From Candidatus Bathyarchaeia archaeon (lineage in GTDB: Archaea > Thermoproteota > Bathyarchaeia > Bathyarchaeales > Bathycorpusculaceae), in assembly GCA_049521795.1 (NCBI GenBank), contig JBEKOM010000010.1, forward strand, positions 1 to 64,000: DNA of 64,000 nucleotides, in the 5' to 3' direction. This document shows positions 19,641-30,611 of the stretch, one piece after another. The notes beneath the pieces were generated by a model that saw nothing but the letters and a program-made list of their open reading frames with translations, was not told the origin of the DNA and did not search any database. The position numbers were made by a program, and so were the translations under genes. Position 1 is the stretch's first letter. Each line of letters opens with the position of its first letter.

Positions 19641-21291
19641 AATGAAGTCTTTCTTAAGCAGATCAGCTATTTCAAAAGTATACGCCGCTATCCTTGCAAT
19701 AATCGTCATCGTAGCTATAATTGTAGGCTCGCTGTACGCCGCAGGTTATTTTCCCAGTTCGACACCAACTGCTAGGATACTGCGTTTCACTCATCCTGCC
19801 CCATGGCACATTGACCCAGCCGTCGGCTCAGACCTAGCCAGCGCGTCTTCCCTCATAAACCTGTACGATCCGCTGGTTTTCCCACAGACTGTGGCAGAGG
19901 GCTCAGGCGTTAAACCCTGGATTGCAACAAGCTGGACATCTTCGGCAGATGGTCTAACATGGACGTTTACAATCAGGCAGGGCATAACGTTTCACTCAGG
20001 GAATGAGCTGAACGCCACGGACGTTGCCTTCAGCATGAACAGAATTCTGACGATAGGCCAGGGGTACTCATACTTATTCACCCCCTACGTGAGCTCTGCA
20101 ACTGCAACAGGCCCGTGGACAGTCGTATTCACGCTTGGCAAACCTTTTGCACCGTTCCTACTTTCGCTCGTTAGGCTGTGGATAGTTGACTCCGCTACAG
20201 TGATTGCCCACGAGACGAGTGGCGCCTACGGCGCAAACGGTGACTACGGCATGGGCTGGCTTGATATTTACGATGCTGGTTCGGGTCCGTTCACGGTCAA
20301 ATCAAACTCAGTAGCGCTTCTGACCATGACATTCTTCTCGAAATACTGGGGAACTGTTGCACCTCTGCACCCAACTGAAATTGACCTTATCGCAGAACCG
20401 ACCTCAACGACGGAAATAAGCATGATGGATACAGCCCAGCTGGAGATAACATCGCCTTGGCTTTCAGACCTGCAGTATGAGTCTCTAAATGGTACGAATG
20501 GTATCTACATAGCAAACGTTCCTGAACCCAACGAGTATTATTACATGATGAACACCCTGAAGCCTCCATTAGATGACATACATGTGAGGGAAGCACTGGC
20601 CTACTGTTTGAACTATACGGGCTTGATACACGAGTTGTATCCACTAAGCACAGTGTCTACAAGCTGCGTGCCCGCGAGCGTTGCAGGATACCTCGACTGT
20701 TCACCCTACTATTACAACGTGACCATGGCCGAAAAGGAACTCGCGATGTCCAAGTACGCCAATAACATCAATGACTACCCCATTGACTTCGATTGGATCT
20801 CAGCGGTTCCTATAAGGGAACTAGACGCAGAATACTTCGCAAGTTGCGCTGCCGCAGTAGGCATAACAGTCAATGTTATCGCTGAACCATGGACCAAGTT
20901 CGAGTCAGACGTCGCTAGCAAAGCCACGTGCCCCGGCATGGCAAACGTTGAGGTGGATTCGGACTACACTGAGGCAGGCTCACTTCTAGAGGCCCGGTAC
21001 AGCTCAGCGTCTATGGGAACATGGGAGAACATGGAATGGCTTAATGACTCAACGTATGATAGTATGTTGGAGCAGGCTCTGGGAACGCTCAACCAAACCC
21101 AAAGATACGCCCTATATGGAACGCTGCAGCAATACATAGTGAACCTATGCCCAAGCATGTTCATCTTCGACTATACAATGATTTGCGCAGCTCAAAAGTA
21201 CGTCAGCTGGCCTATGGCTAACGTAAGCCAGTCTGTCCCATCAATGGGTTATAACTACGACGGAAGGCTGATACAAATAGAACCGCATTAG
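19641..21291 (+). CDS. ABC transporter substrate-binding protein, family 5 (Opp/Dpp)
   Basis: N-terminal TM anchor; LYDPLV; DGLTWTFTIRQGITFHSG; GSGPF. Confidence 0.93.
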
Positions 21292-21437
21292 TCAACGCGA
21301 AGCATGTGATGCGCAAATACTCTTCCTCACCCTTTTTCTTTGGCAATAGTCTGATTCTGGGAAAACAGCTACGCGCGCTAAAGTTTTTTAAAGAAGGATT
21401 TAAGATGAATACATAGAAGTTGAAAGCGGGTTAGCTC

Positions 21438-22457
21438 ATGAAGTTTTCATCATACTTAGCGAGGAGAATTGTATACATTGTGTTCAGTTTATTCGGTTTG
21501 TCTGTGCTGGTTTTCGCTTTAGCGCGGGTGTTGCCAGGGGATGTGGCGCGAATGACTCTCGGACCGAGAGCCCCCCAATTTGCTGTTGACGCTCTGCGAA
21601 AGCAGCTGAGACTGGATGAGCCTCTTCCTGTGCAATATTTTTACTGGTTGATTGACCTTTTTCACGGGAATTTGGGCTTCTCTACGTATACTCGGGGCAG
21701 TGTCACGGCAGCTGTTCTGGAATACCTTCCTGCGTCGCTTGAGTTGATAACGCTGGCAGCAATATTCAATATTTCAGGAGCATTCCTTCTCGGCGTGATA
21801 GCCGGCAGATACTCCTTCAAGTGGCCTGACAACCTTGTCAGAATTGTTTCTTACGTCGGAATATCCGTTCCGGCTTTCGTGATGGCCATATTACTCGAAC
21901 TGCTTTTCGGTTGGTGGTGGCGTATCTTTCCTGTATCAGCAAACCTAAGCGTTGCTGCTCCTACAAGGATAACGGGGTTTGTTACAATTGACTCTTTGAT
22001 AACCGGGAGATTCGACGCATTCGTCGATGTCCTGTGGCACATGGTGTTGCCTGCGCTCGCACTGTGCATAGGAGGCATGATGCAAGACGCGAGAATAATA
22101 AGGGCAGGCATGGTTGAAAACCAGGACAAGGACTACATAACGATGGCGAAATGTGAAGGCTTACCCGAACGGCAAGTCATGTTCAAGTACCTCCTCAAAC
22201 CGTCGGTCATACCGGCGATAACAGTTATGGGAATGGACATAGCCGCGCTACTTTCGAATGCCTTCCTTGTAGAGATGGTCTTCAATTGGCCTGGGTTCTC
22301 AAGGCTGGGCATCGCATTCTTGTTGAACAAAGACCTCAATGGGATAGTCGCCCTTGTCTTAATAATAGGCATAATGTATGCCGTAATAAACGTCGTCACG
22401 GACATCATTGTTGCCTATCTAGATCCAAGAATTAGGCTGATGGAGAGGGGAGAGTAG
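21438..22457 (+). CDS. dppB: Opp/Dpp ABC permease B
   Basis: PGD, LDEPLPVQY, EAA-like DYITMAKCEGL. Confidence 0.92.
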   Translation: MKFSSYLARRIVYIVFSLFGLSVLVFALARVLPGDVARMTLGPRAPQFAVDALRKQLRLDEPLPVQYFYWLIDLFHGNLGFSTYTRGSVTAAVLEYLPASLELITLAAIFNISGAFLLGVIAGRYSFKWPDNLVRIVSYVGISVPAFVMAILLELLFGWWWRIFPVSANLSVAAPTRITGFVTIDSLITGRFDAFVDVLWHMVLPALALCIGGMMQDARIIRAGMVENQDKDYITMAKCEGLPERQVMFKYLLKPSVIPAITVMGMDIAALLSNAFLVEMVFNWPGFSRLGIAFLLNKDLNGIVALVLIIGIMYAVINVVTDIIVAYLDPRIRLMERGE

Positions 22458-22458
22458 G

Positions 22459-23349
22459 TTGAGAGTGGACCTGCTCAACGTGTTGAAACAACTGCCTCGA
22501 AGGTTGGATTTGAAACGCAGGTGGTACAGGTTCTCAAGAAGCCCCTTATCGATAATGGGACTAATAATCGCAGTCGGAGCCGTCATGATTGCCCTGCTTG
22601 CTCCCTTCATCGTTCCCTATCCGAAAAGCGCAGGTACGTATGTCAACCTTCCAGGTCGCCTCCAACCTCCGAGCTGGAGCCATATTTTCGGCACGGACGA
22701 TTTGGGAAGGGACATTTTCAGCAGAACCCTTTTTGGGTTTCAGTATTCTCTTTTGATGGCCGCTGTTGTCATCGCACTTGTGGCACCGCCAGGCATAGTT
22801 CTTGGTCTTGTCGCAGGCTACTATAGGGGGAAATGGCTTGACACGGTAATAATGAGAATAGCTGACATATTCATTGCTGTTCCCCCATTAGTCTTGGCCT
22901 TGGCAGTGGCTTCACTGCTGACCCCAAGCGCGTTCAATGCCATGATGGCTGTTTCTTTGATGTGGTGGCCATGGTATACTCGTCTAACATACAGCACTTC
23001 GTCGGCGTTGAGGAATGAGTACTTCGTGCAGGCGGCGGAGGTCATGGGCGCCAGCCCAGGCCACATAATGTTCAGCGAAATCCTTCCAAACTGCCTTGGC
23101 CCTATTCTGACAAAACTAACACTTGACGTGGGCTGGGTGATACTGCTAGGGTCGGCACTGAGCTTCGTAGGGCTTGGCGCACAGGACCCTACTCCTGATC
23201 TTGGAACAATGGTCTCCAAAGGAGCACAGTACATGCCTCAATATTGGTGGTTGACCATTTTTCCGGCGCTTGCGATAGTCTTCATAATCCTAGGATTCAA
23301 CCTGTTAGGTGACGGCATCCGAGACATGTTCACGGAAGAGTCGAGGTAG
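22459..23349 (+). CDS. dppC: Opp/Dpp ABC permease C
   Basis: HIFGTDDLGRDIFSR; FNLLGDGIRD. Confidence 0.92.
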   Translation: MRVDLLNVLKQLPRRLDLKRRWYRFSRSPLSIMGLIIAVGAVMIALLAPFIVPYPKSAGTYVNLPGRLQPPSWSHIFGTDDLGRDIFSRTLFGFQYSLLMAAVVIALVAPPGIVLGLVAGYYRGKWLDTVIMRIADIFIAVPPLVLALAVASLLTPSAFNAMMAVSLMWWPWYTRLTYSTSSALRNEYFVQAAEVMGASPGHIMFSEILPNCLGPILTKLTLDVGWVILLGSALSFVGLGAQDPTPDLGTMVSKGAQYMPQYWWLTIFPALAIVFIILGFNLLGDGIRDMFTEESR

Positions 23350-23353
23350 CAAA

Positions 23354-24331
23354 ATGGAACTGTTGGATATCAAAGATCTCAGCGTCGGCTACAATACATA
23401 CAGAGGTAAACTAAAGGTATTGAACGGCGTACGCTTGACAGTGAATGAGGGAGAAAAGGTTGGAATAATAGGCGAGTCGGGCTGCGGAAAGACAACCACC
23501 ATGAGGACAATTCTGAGAATCCTAGCTAACAACGCTGTTGTCGACTCGGGCGAGATTCTCTTCAAGGGTAAAGATCTGCTTAAGATGAGTAACAAAGAAA
23601 TGACCGATGTAAGAAGAAAGCACATAACCATGATATTTCAAGATCCGACGGCGGCTCTCAACCCAGTGTTTAAAGTTGAAACACAGTTGATGGACGTCAT
23701 CAGGTATTCAGGAACGATAAAGGACGAGAAGGTTACGAAGGAGAAGCTCATGGCCAAGTCTCTGTTACTACTCAAAGAGGTGGCGCTACCAGATCCGGAA
23801 AGAGTGTTGGATAGCTTCCCATTCCAACTGAGCGGAGGCATGAGACAGAGAATCTGCATCGCAATGTCATTGGCTACGTCTGGCGATCTTCTGATAGCCG
23901 ACGAGCCCACAACAAGTCTTGACGTGACAATACAGGATCAGGTTTTTCGGCTCATGAAGAGCCTCGTGGAAAAGAGGAATCTGTCGGTGATTCTGATATC
24001 TCACGCGCTCGGCGCCGTACGAGGAACCGTCAACAGGGTCTATGTGATGTACGCTGGAGACATGATTGAAACTGCAGAAACTGAGGAGTTATTCACAAAC
24101 CCGTGGCACCCCTACACACAAGAACTCATAAAATCCGTTCCGAAACTGACGGGAACTGGCTTTTCAGAAGGCATAAAAGGCAGGATTCCAGACTACATGA
24201 ACCCTCCGCCTGGGTGCAGATTCAATCCCCGCTGTCCCTATGCACTTGACAGGTGTCTAAAGGAGAAGACACAGCTCTTGGGCGAAAGCGGCGGACACCA
24301 AGCAGCTTGCTGGCTGTACGACAAGAGGTGA
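23354..24331 (+). CDS. dppD: Opp/Dpp ABC ATPase D
   Basis: GESGCGKT; LSGGMRQR; DEPT; C-terminal GCRFNPRC. Confidence 0.93.
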   Translation: MELLDIKDLSVGYNTYRGKLKVLNGVRLTVNEGEKVGIIGESGCGKTTTMRTILRILANNAVVDSGEILFKGKDLLKMSNKEMTDVRRKHITMIFQDPTAALNPVFKVETQLMDVIRYSGTIKDEKVTKEKLMAKSLLLLKEVALPDPERVLDSFPFQLSGGMRQRICIAMSLATSGDLLIADEPTTSLDVTIQDQVFRLMKSLVEKRNLSVILISHALGAVRGTVNRVYVMYAGDMIETAETEELFTNPWHPYTQELIKSVPKLTGTGFSEGIKGRIPDYMNPPPGCRFNPRCPYALDRCLKEKTQLLGESGGHQAACWLYDKR

Positions 24332-25308
24332 ACTCAACGGAAAGAAAAGAAGACTTACTTGTCGTACAAGACTTGACTAAACACTTCAAAACTCCTCACG
24401 GCGTCGTCAGAGCAATTGACGGGATAAACTTCAATATTAGGCTAGGCGAAACCTTTGGCCTGGTGGGAGAATCGGGCTCTGGCAAAAGCACAACGGGCTA
24501 TGTAATAATGGGAATCTACACACCGACATCGGGCAAGATACTTTTCAAGGGCAATGACATCTCGGTGCACGTAAAGCAGCGCCCCAAAAGCGTCAAAAAA
24601 GAGATGGCAATAGTCTTCCAAGATCCGGCCTCATCACTGAACTCCACGAAAACCGTCAAAGACATAGTCGGCTTGCCCCTGAAAGTGCACAAAATGGTCA
24701 AGAATGACGAAGAATTGGATAAAAGAGTGACCGAGCTCTTTGAGGCTGTTGAGCTGCCTGCTGAAGATTTCATGTATCGACGACCGAGAGATCTCGGAGG
24801 CGGTGAAAAACAGGCCGTCGCCGTCGCGCGTGCCATTGCCACAAACCCATCATTCATAGTTCTAGACGAACCCACATCAGCATTGGACGTTTCAATTCAG
24901 GCAAAAATCATGAAGGTCCTGATGAAGCTGCAACAGGAGCTCAACCTGTCCTACTTGTTCATAACCCACGACCTGAGCCTCATGAGAAACGTGGCCTCCA
25001 GAGTGGCAATAATGTATCTGGCAAACATCGTCGAGTATGCACCTACACCAATCTTCTTCAAAAACCCCGTGCACCCCTACACTCAGATGCTGCTCTCTTC
25101 CGTGCCGGTAATGACAAAAGAGGAGGAGAAGCTCAAACCCAAGGGAGTAACATCAAAAGGCGAAGTCCCCAGCGCCATTAACCCACCGCCAGGCTGCCGC
25201 TTCCACACCAGATGCTCCCTTGCCAATGCGACGTGCAAGACAAAAGAACCTGCCTTCGTGATGGTAGAACCTGAGCACTTCGTAGCATGCCACATGGTGG
25301 CAAAGTAA
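24328..25308 (+). CDS. dppF: Opp/Dpp ABC ATPase F
   Basis: GESGSGKS; variant signature LGGGEKQ; DEPT; GCRFHTRC. Confidence 0.92.
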   Translation: MNSTERKEDLLVVQDLTKHFKTPHGVVRAIDGINFNIRLGETFGLVGESGSGKSTTGYVIMGIYTPTSGKILFKGNDISVHVKQRPKSVKKEMAIVFQDPASSLNSTKTVKDIVGLPLKVHKMVKNDEELDKRVTELFEAVELPAEDFMYRRPRDLGGGEKQAVAVARAIATNPSFIVLDEPTSALDVSIQAKIMKVLMKLQQELNLSYLFITHDLSLMRNVASRVAIMYLANIVEYAPTPIFFKNPVHPYTQMLLSSVPVMTKEEEKLKPKGVTSKGEVPSAINPPPGCRFHTRCSLANATCKTKEPAFVMVEPEHFVACHMVAK

Positions 25309-25341
25309 ACCGTCGTGCGCACTAACGCACGTGGTCTCTGG

Positions 25342-26535
25342 TTACGAACCGGTTTCTTTCAGCATCAAGCCGCAGACTGCCTCGGCACCGGTGAAGGCGG
25401 TGCACATGATGACCGCTGGCGTGAAGGATCCGGTGGCCGTGGAGAGATAGCCCGCCAACCAGGGAGCAATAATGGCTCCGATGTATCCTCCAACGAGTGT
25501 TAGCCCACCCGCCGTTGCTGAGTATGACGCTCCCATGAGCTCAACAGGCATCGCTAGGATTATGGGTGCCATGCTTCCGATGAGGAAACCATAAACTATC
25601 GCTGATGTCCACAGTGGAAGGCCTAGGGTTGTTCCGGTGAAATAGAGTGCGACTGCAGCGGCGATGGACGTAACCCATATGAAAGGTTTCCTTATGTGCA
25701 TGCGGTCAGAGATCACGGGCGTGATGAAACTGCCCGGAATCATGAACATCATTATCATCAATGTTACGAGTCCCGCAGTGGTCCCATCCATTCCCTTCTG
25801 TGTTAATATTAGTTGAAGAAATCCGAACAGGCCAATTTGAGGTGCGAGGAGAAATAGACATGTAATCATCACTATCCACATCTGCTTGCTTCTAAGCACA
25901 ACGAAAAGAGACTTTTTGAAAGGAACCCCCTGCTCTTCGCTGGAGAGCATATTCTTATCGGTCCTCAAATTGACTGGTCTTTCCCTTGCTAACAATACCC
26001 ACACTAGGGTCATTGTCAAAGCAAGAATGCCGACGGCGAAGAAAACGCCTTGCCAAGATCCAGTGAGAGGAAGCAGCACGACTGGAGTCAGTATGAATGA
26101 GGATGCCATGCCGACCTCCATACCCGTGAATATGATGCCGCTGGCTAACGCGTATTGTTTGTATGGGAACCATACGCCTGTCACTTTGGGCATGTTCGGG
26201 TAGGCAATAGCGTAGCCTGCTCCGCACAAAAACATCGTTGTCGCCAGCATGGGGAAACTTGTCGCGAACGCCCTTAGAAGCCCAAAGACACCCATTATCA
26301 GTCCGCCCATTAGGACGGTTCGTCTAACGCCGAATCGGTCTGCAAACAGACCTGCTGGAATGCAGAGTATAACCAGGGCTAGTGGAACTAGCGCTAGTAG
26401 GAACCCATATTGCGCATCAGTTATGCCTAGCTTCTTCTCCATTGGCGTGATGCAGAACCAAGAAAGTCCCAGAGAGAACATCATCAGCCATGTCAGGGCT
26501 ACCATCGCCCATCGATAAGACGAAACTTCAGTCAT
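25342..26535 (-). CDS. MFS transporter (CynX-like)
   Basis: About 12 TMs; GLFADRFGVRR motif A. Confidence 0.9.
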   Translation of the reverse strand: MTEVSSYRWAMVALTWLMMFSLGLSWFCITPMEKKLGITDAQYGFLLALVPLALVILCIPAGLFADRFGVRRTVLMGGLIMGVFGLLRAFATSFPMLATTMFLCGAGYAIAYPNMPKVTGVWFPYKQYALASGIIFTGMEVGMASSFILTPVVLLPLTGSWQGVFFAVGILALTMTLVWVLLARERPVNLRTDKNMLSSEEQGVPFKKSLFVVLRSKQMWIVMITCLFLLAPQIGLFGFLQLILTQKGMDGTTAGLVTLMIMMFMIPGSFITPVISDRMHIRKPFIWVTSIAAAVALYFTGTTLGLPLWTSAIVYGFLIGSMAPIILAMPVELMGASYSATAGGLTLVGGYIGAIIAPWLAGYLSTATGSFTPAVIMCTAFTGAEAVCGLMLKETGS

Positions 26536-26558
26536 CTTTTGCCTTCCAATTCGGTGAG

Positions 26559-26888
26559 CTAGCTTTCACGTTGTTTTGAGTCCAAGTATCTTGCTTTGAG
26601 TTCTCTTGCAAACTCCTCAACTATTTCGTTGATGGCTTTCTTGAAGCCTTCCACATCATACATCACGAGAAACTTCTTCTCATCCACTATAGCCTTTATC
26701 CCCTTCAAAAACGGGTCAGGAGCCAATCCTGTGACGTAATTCGGAAACTCGGCGAGCTTGCTCAAGGCGTCAAGAAGCCTGAAAGGTCCGTAGAGCGGCG
26801 GCTCATTCAAACAGCCCTGCGCACTCGTTGCCAGAAAGACGGCTATTTCCAGTAGATAGTCATTTCCACTAGCTTTCTTCCCGGGCAT
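26559..26888 (-). CDS. DUF6092-like protein
   Basis: FLATSAQGCLNEPPLYGPFRLLDA. Confidence 0.7.
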   Translation of the reverse strand: MPGKKASGNDYLLEIAVFLATSAQGCLNEPPLYGPFRLLDALSKLAEFPNYVTGLAPDPFLKGIKAIVDEKKFLVMYDVEGFKKAINEIVEEFARELKARYLDSKQRES

Positions 26889-26894
26889 TTCTCA

Positions 26895-27443
26895 TCAGTC
26901 CAGACTAGTTGGAAACTTGCGACCATACTTGTTCAGAAAAGCTATCTCCGTCAACGGAATCCGCGCGGGCGGCTTTGGAGCCTCCGCTGGATAGCCAACT
27001 ACCACCAAAAGCTCAGGCTCTACACCGTCAGGAATTTCAAGCATTTCTTTCACGGCGACTCGGGAAAAAGATTTCACTACGCACGTCCCCAAGCCAAGCG
27101 CGTGGGCTGCCAAAAGCATGTTTTCAACAGCCATCGAACAGTCTGCCACTGACATGTAATCCCGTCCTAGGGTTCCACCGTCCCTGTACTCTTTCTCCCT
27201 GTCTGAACAGACGAGTATTGCTAGCGGGGTTTCTCCAAGGTAGCCAGGCGACATTTTTCGAATAACCTCAAGAAGATTCCTATCGCATACAACGATGAAT
27301 TTCCAAGGTTGAATGTTGCTTCCCGAAGGAGCCCAACGTGCTGCATCCAGTATTTTCTCTATAAATTTTTCAGGCACAGGATTCGGCTTATACCGACGAA
27401 CGCTTCTCCGACCAAGAATAGCTTCAAAAACATCCATTTTCAT
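26895..27443 (-). CDS. Nitroreductase family protein
   Basis: RRSVRRY; APSGSNIQPW; ENMLLAAHALGLGTC. Confidence 0.93.
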   Translation of the reverse strand: MKMDVFEAILGRRSVRRYKPNPVPEKFIEKILDAARWAPSGSNIQPWKFIVVCDRNLLEVIRKMSPGYLGETPLAILVCSDREKEYRDGGTLGRDYMSVADCSMAVENMLLAAHALGLGTCVVKSFSRVAVKEMLEIPDGVEPELLVVVGYPAEAPKPPARIPLTEIAFLNKYGRKFPTSLD

Positions 27444-27527
27444 CCATCCGCTTCCAACATGTGAGTTCTTCAGAAAGTCTTATATTAATTTTCCAAAGAA
27501 TACTCGTAATCTGAAAGGTGAAAGAAA

Positions 27528-28574
27528 ATGCCACAGTTTTACGAATACGAGTTGACCAGAGCAGCGCACAAGCTGGTCGCTGAAATGTTCAAGTTGAAGA
27601 AAGATGAAACCTTTGTGATAACTGCGGACACCGAATCAGACCCTCGGGTGGTTGAGGCAACCGCTGGCGCAGCATTCGCCGTCGGAGCCAAACCCATGGT
27701 CGTTTGGACTGCGTCACCCTTGGGCGTAGGCAAAGCGGCAGACCCGATGCTCCCGGTAGAAGCGTTGACGGCTGCGTTGAACGAGGCTGACGCGTGGGTT
27801 GAATACAACAACGAGTGGCTCCTCTACTCAACGCCGTACGAAAGGACAATGAAGGAAAACAAGAAGCTCAGGCACATGTGCTTGGTCGGCATGAACGTCG
27901 ACATGATGGTCAGAGTCATTGCGAGAGTCGACTTGCCCACGTTAGGCAAGTTCCAAGACAAGCTGATCGCTCTGACAAAGGCTGCTAAACACGTCAAAAT
28001 GACGACACCAGCAGGAGAAGACATTGAATTTAGCAATGACCCCAAGAGACCGATGATATGCGAAGTCGGATACGCTGACACGCCAGGGTCCCACATGCTC
28101 GGTGGCCAAATAGGCTGGTCGCCGGTCTTCAAATCTATCAACGGGGTCATAGCCTTCGACGGCTCTGTCGTGCCCCCAATCGGCCCAGTGAAGGCTCCCA
28201 TAAAACTTCACGTCAAAGAAGGAAACATTGTCAAAATAGAAGGCGGAAAAGACGCGCAGACCTTCGAAGCTTGGCTAAGGAGCTTCAAGAGTCCACTAAT
28301 GCTACGAATGGCTCACGTCTGCTACGGAGTCAACCCAGGTGCCAAGCTGACTGGAAACATAGTTGAAGACGAGAGAGTCTGGGGAGGCACCGAATGGGGA
28401 ATAGGCTACGTTGGTCAAATGCTGACAGGCGGCGAACCGATTCCGGCGCCCTCTCACACGGACGGCATATGCTTGGACACCTCAGTCTGGCTCGACGGTA
28501 AACAGATCTTTGACAAGGGCATGGTAGTTCACCCAGAGCTCGCCAAACTTGCAAACAAACTCGGGAAATCCTAG
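27528..28574 (+). CDS. M29/aminopeptidase-T-fold protein, NicX-like ligand set
   Basis: LGGQ; NGVIAFDGS; RMAHVCYGVNP; EDERVWG; SHTDG. Confidence 0.82.
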   Translation: MPQFYEYELTRAAHKLVAEMFKLKKDETFVITADTESDPRVVEATAGAAFAVGAKPMVVWTASPLGVGKAADPMLPVEALTAALNEADAWVEYNNEWLLYSTPYERTMKENKKLRHMCLVGMNVDMMVRVIARVDLPTLGKFQDKLIALTKAAKHVKMTTPAGEDIEFSNDPKRPMICEVGYADTPGSHMLGGQIGWSPVFKSINGVIAFDGSVVPPIGPVKAPIKLHVKEGNIVKIEGGKDAQTFEAWLRSFKSPLMLRMAHVCYGVNPGAKLTGNIVEDERVWGGTEWGIGYVGQMLTGGEPIPAPSHTDGICLDTSVWLDGKQIFDKGMVVHPELAKLANKLGKS

Positions 28575-28615
28575 TTCCTTTCCATTTTCATGGTCTACAA
28601 ACGGTGAGATGTATG

Positions 28616-29653
28616 ATTGACAAGAGAAAATTGGCTGATGGCGCTGTGAACATGCTCAAAGTGAACATGGGACTCAGAAGAGGCGAAAGACTCCTGGTCA
28701 TCACAGACATCCCAACAGTTGCGGAGTGGGAATCAAAAGGCAGCGCCAAGTTGACAGAGGCATTGGAAAGATCGCTTCTAGCCAAAACAGTGAGCGAAAT
28801 CGCCGGTGAAAAGTTTCCAGACTGCAAGGTTGAGTTCTACGTTTATCCATCCGTAGGTAAACACGGCACGTACCCGGGAAAAGAAGTTGAAGAAAAAATG
28901 AAAGCCGCTGATGTGGACGTTGCAATAACCACTTACTCGCTGACACACACCGACGCTCGGGTAAACTCCTGCAAAGCAGGAGCTCGAGTTGCAAGCATGC
29001 CCATGTTTGTTGCAGAAATGTTCTATCCCGGCGGACCGATGGCATCCGATTATCGTGAAATAGACAAAGAAACGAAGAAAATCGCGAACCTGATCACAGG
29101 AACTAACGAAGCGAAAGTAACGTCTCCAGGGGGCACAGACATCACTTTCAGCTTGAAAGGCAGAAAAGGAATGGTCGACGCTGGAATCTTCACTGAGAAA
29201 GGGGCATGGGGCAACCTTCCCTCAGGAGAAGCCTACTGCGCACCGGTAGAAGGAACTGCCAACGGCAAGCTCGTCGTAGAGCCAAACTGGTACCCAGACC
29301 TCAAAGAAAAGATGACGCTGAAATTCCAAAACGGTTACGTCACCGAGATAGTTGGCGGAGGAAAAATCGGCGACGAATACAGAGGCCTACTCGACTTCAG
29401 CAAAAAAGCAGAACCCTACACTTCCAGAAGGAACCTCGCAGAGCTTGGGATAGGAACAAACCCAAATGCGAAACGGCCTGACAACATTTTAGAATCCGAA
29501 AAGATCAAGGGAACCGTTCACTTGGCCATCGGCGATAACTCACACATGGGAGGCAAAGTGTCCGCAGACCTGCATCAGGACTTCATCATTCCAAAGCCCA
29601 CGTGGATGCTCGACGGAAAAGCCATGATGAAAGATGGGAAACTCGTAGTATAA
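28616..29653 (+). CDS. M29-family aminopeptidase
   Basis: NLPSGEAY; LAELGIGTN; ESEKIKGTVHLAIG; HQD. Confidence 0.88.
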   Translation: MDKRKLADGAVNMLKVNMGLRRGERLLVITDIPTVAEWESKGSAKLTEALERSLLAKTVSEIAGEKFPDCKVEFYVYPSVGKHGTYPGKEVEEKMKAADVDVAITTYSLTHTDARVNSCKAGARVASMPMFVAEMFYPGGPMASDYREIDKETKKIANLITGTNEAKVTSPGGTDITFSLKGRKGMVDAGIFTEKGAWGNLPSGEAYCAPVEGTANGKLVVEPNWYPDLKEKMTLKFQNGYVTEIVGGGKIGDEYRGLLDFSKKAEPYTSRRNLAELGIGTNPNAKRPDNILESEKIKGTVHLAIGDNSHMGGKVSADLHQDFIIPKPTWMLDGKAMMKDGKLVV

Positions 29654-30154
29654 AGCGAATTTCATTCTCCACTTCTTTTTCAATTCTGAATTCCGTTCCT
29701 CATCAGCTTTTTCCAAGTCCTTATGAAAAAATGTCGCTATGTCCCAACTGAAAATCATTTTTTTTATCTCAACCTCTATGTTTCTCGCGCGCGCTTTCAA
29801 TTCTCGAGAAGGAAGCCCAAAACAGGTGCCAAAATGGATCTTAAAGGACAATGAATGTTTCTTTCACTTTCCATCTGGTTACTTTGACTCAGAAGAATCA
29901 TAAACATTACAAAACATGCGATTTATGTCGATATCCGGCTGTGGCTGCACAGCGAGGATCTTGAGATGTTCAGGGTGTGAAGATGATCTACTAGCCTGCT
30001 TAGACATCCAATTCTTCGCATAGCGCAAAAAAAGGTGAAAGGAGACATCGTAGAGATTACTGGCAGCTGGACATCGATAGACAGAGGATCATGAAAACGA
30101 CACGCTCAGAGATTCAAACCAACCTAAATGTACGGATAGTTTGCCAACGAATTA

Positions 30155-30165
30155 AGGTTATATAC
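30155..30165 (+). promoter_or_regulatory. BRE/TATA promoter of tRNA-Tyr
   Basis: AAGGTTATATA about 30 nt upstream of the tRNA. Confidence 0.6.
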
Positions 30166-30196
30166 TATTTCGTTTTTGTTATTCTCGGTCGGGCAC

Positions 30197-30361
30197 CGGG
30201 CGGTAGCTCAGCCTGGCAGAGCTTCCGAGTCAGCGCAGAACTGACAAAGCCTAGCTGACGGAGATGCTGTAGACGCCCACCCACGGTGGGTATCACCCAG
30301 CCTACCAGGCTAACACGCAGAAACCGGATCGCCGCAGGTTCAAATCCTGCCCGCCCGACCA
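30197..30361 (+). tRNA. tRNA-Tyr(GTA) with two introns (30/31: 30228-30265; 37/38: 30273-30322)
   Basis: Acceptor CGGGCGG/CCGCCCG-A-CCA with C1-G72; D-arm GCTC/GAGC; spliced anticodon arm TCCGG-CTGTAGA-CCGGA; T-arm GCAGG-TTCAAAT-CCTGC; clean BHB at intron 1. Confidence 0.9.
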
Positions 30362-30611
30362 AATTCATCTTGTTGAAATTGTTGAGAATCATGCATTTTT
30401 CAGCAAAATTTCTATTATCACCTCTTTTGATTTGCAGTTTCTCAATTGGGAAGGCTGGATTGTTACTACAAGATTGGAAACTTCTCACTTTTCCATTTAG
30501 CTCGCGCTGTATTGTCTCTTCATTATCAAGAACGTTTGTGAGATGGTTTGTTGGATAACTTCAAAAAGTTTAATTTGCTCGAGAAGATCAACAAGTTTAA
30601 CGAGTTGAGAA

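Noticed and set aside
30165-30558. ORFs overlapping tRNA-Tyr
   Set aside because: Shadow frames over the tRNA gene.
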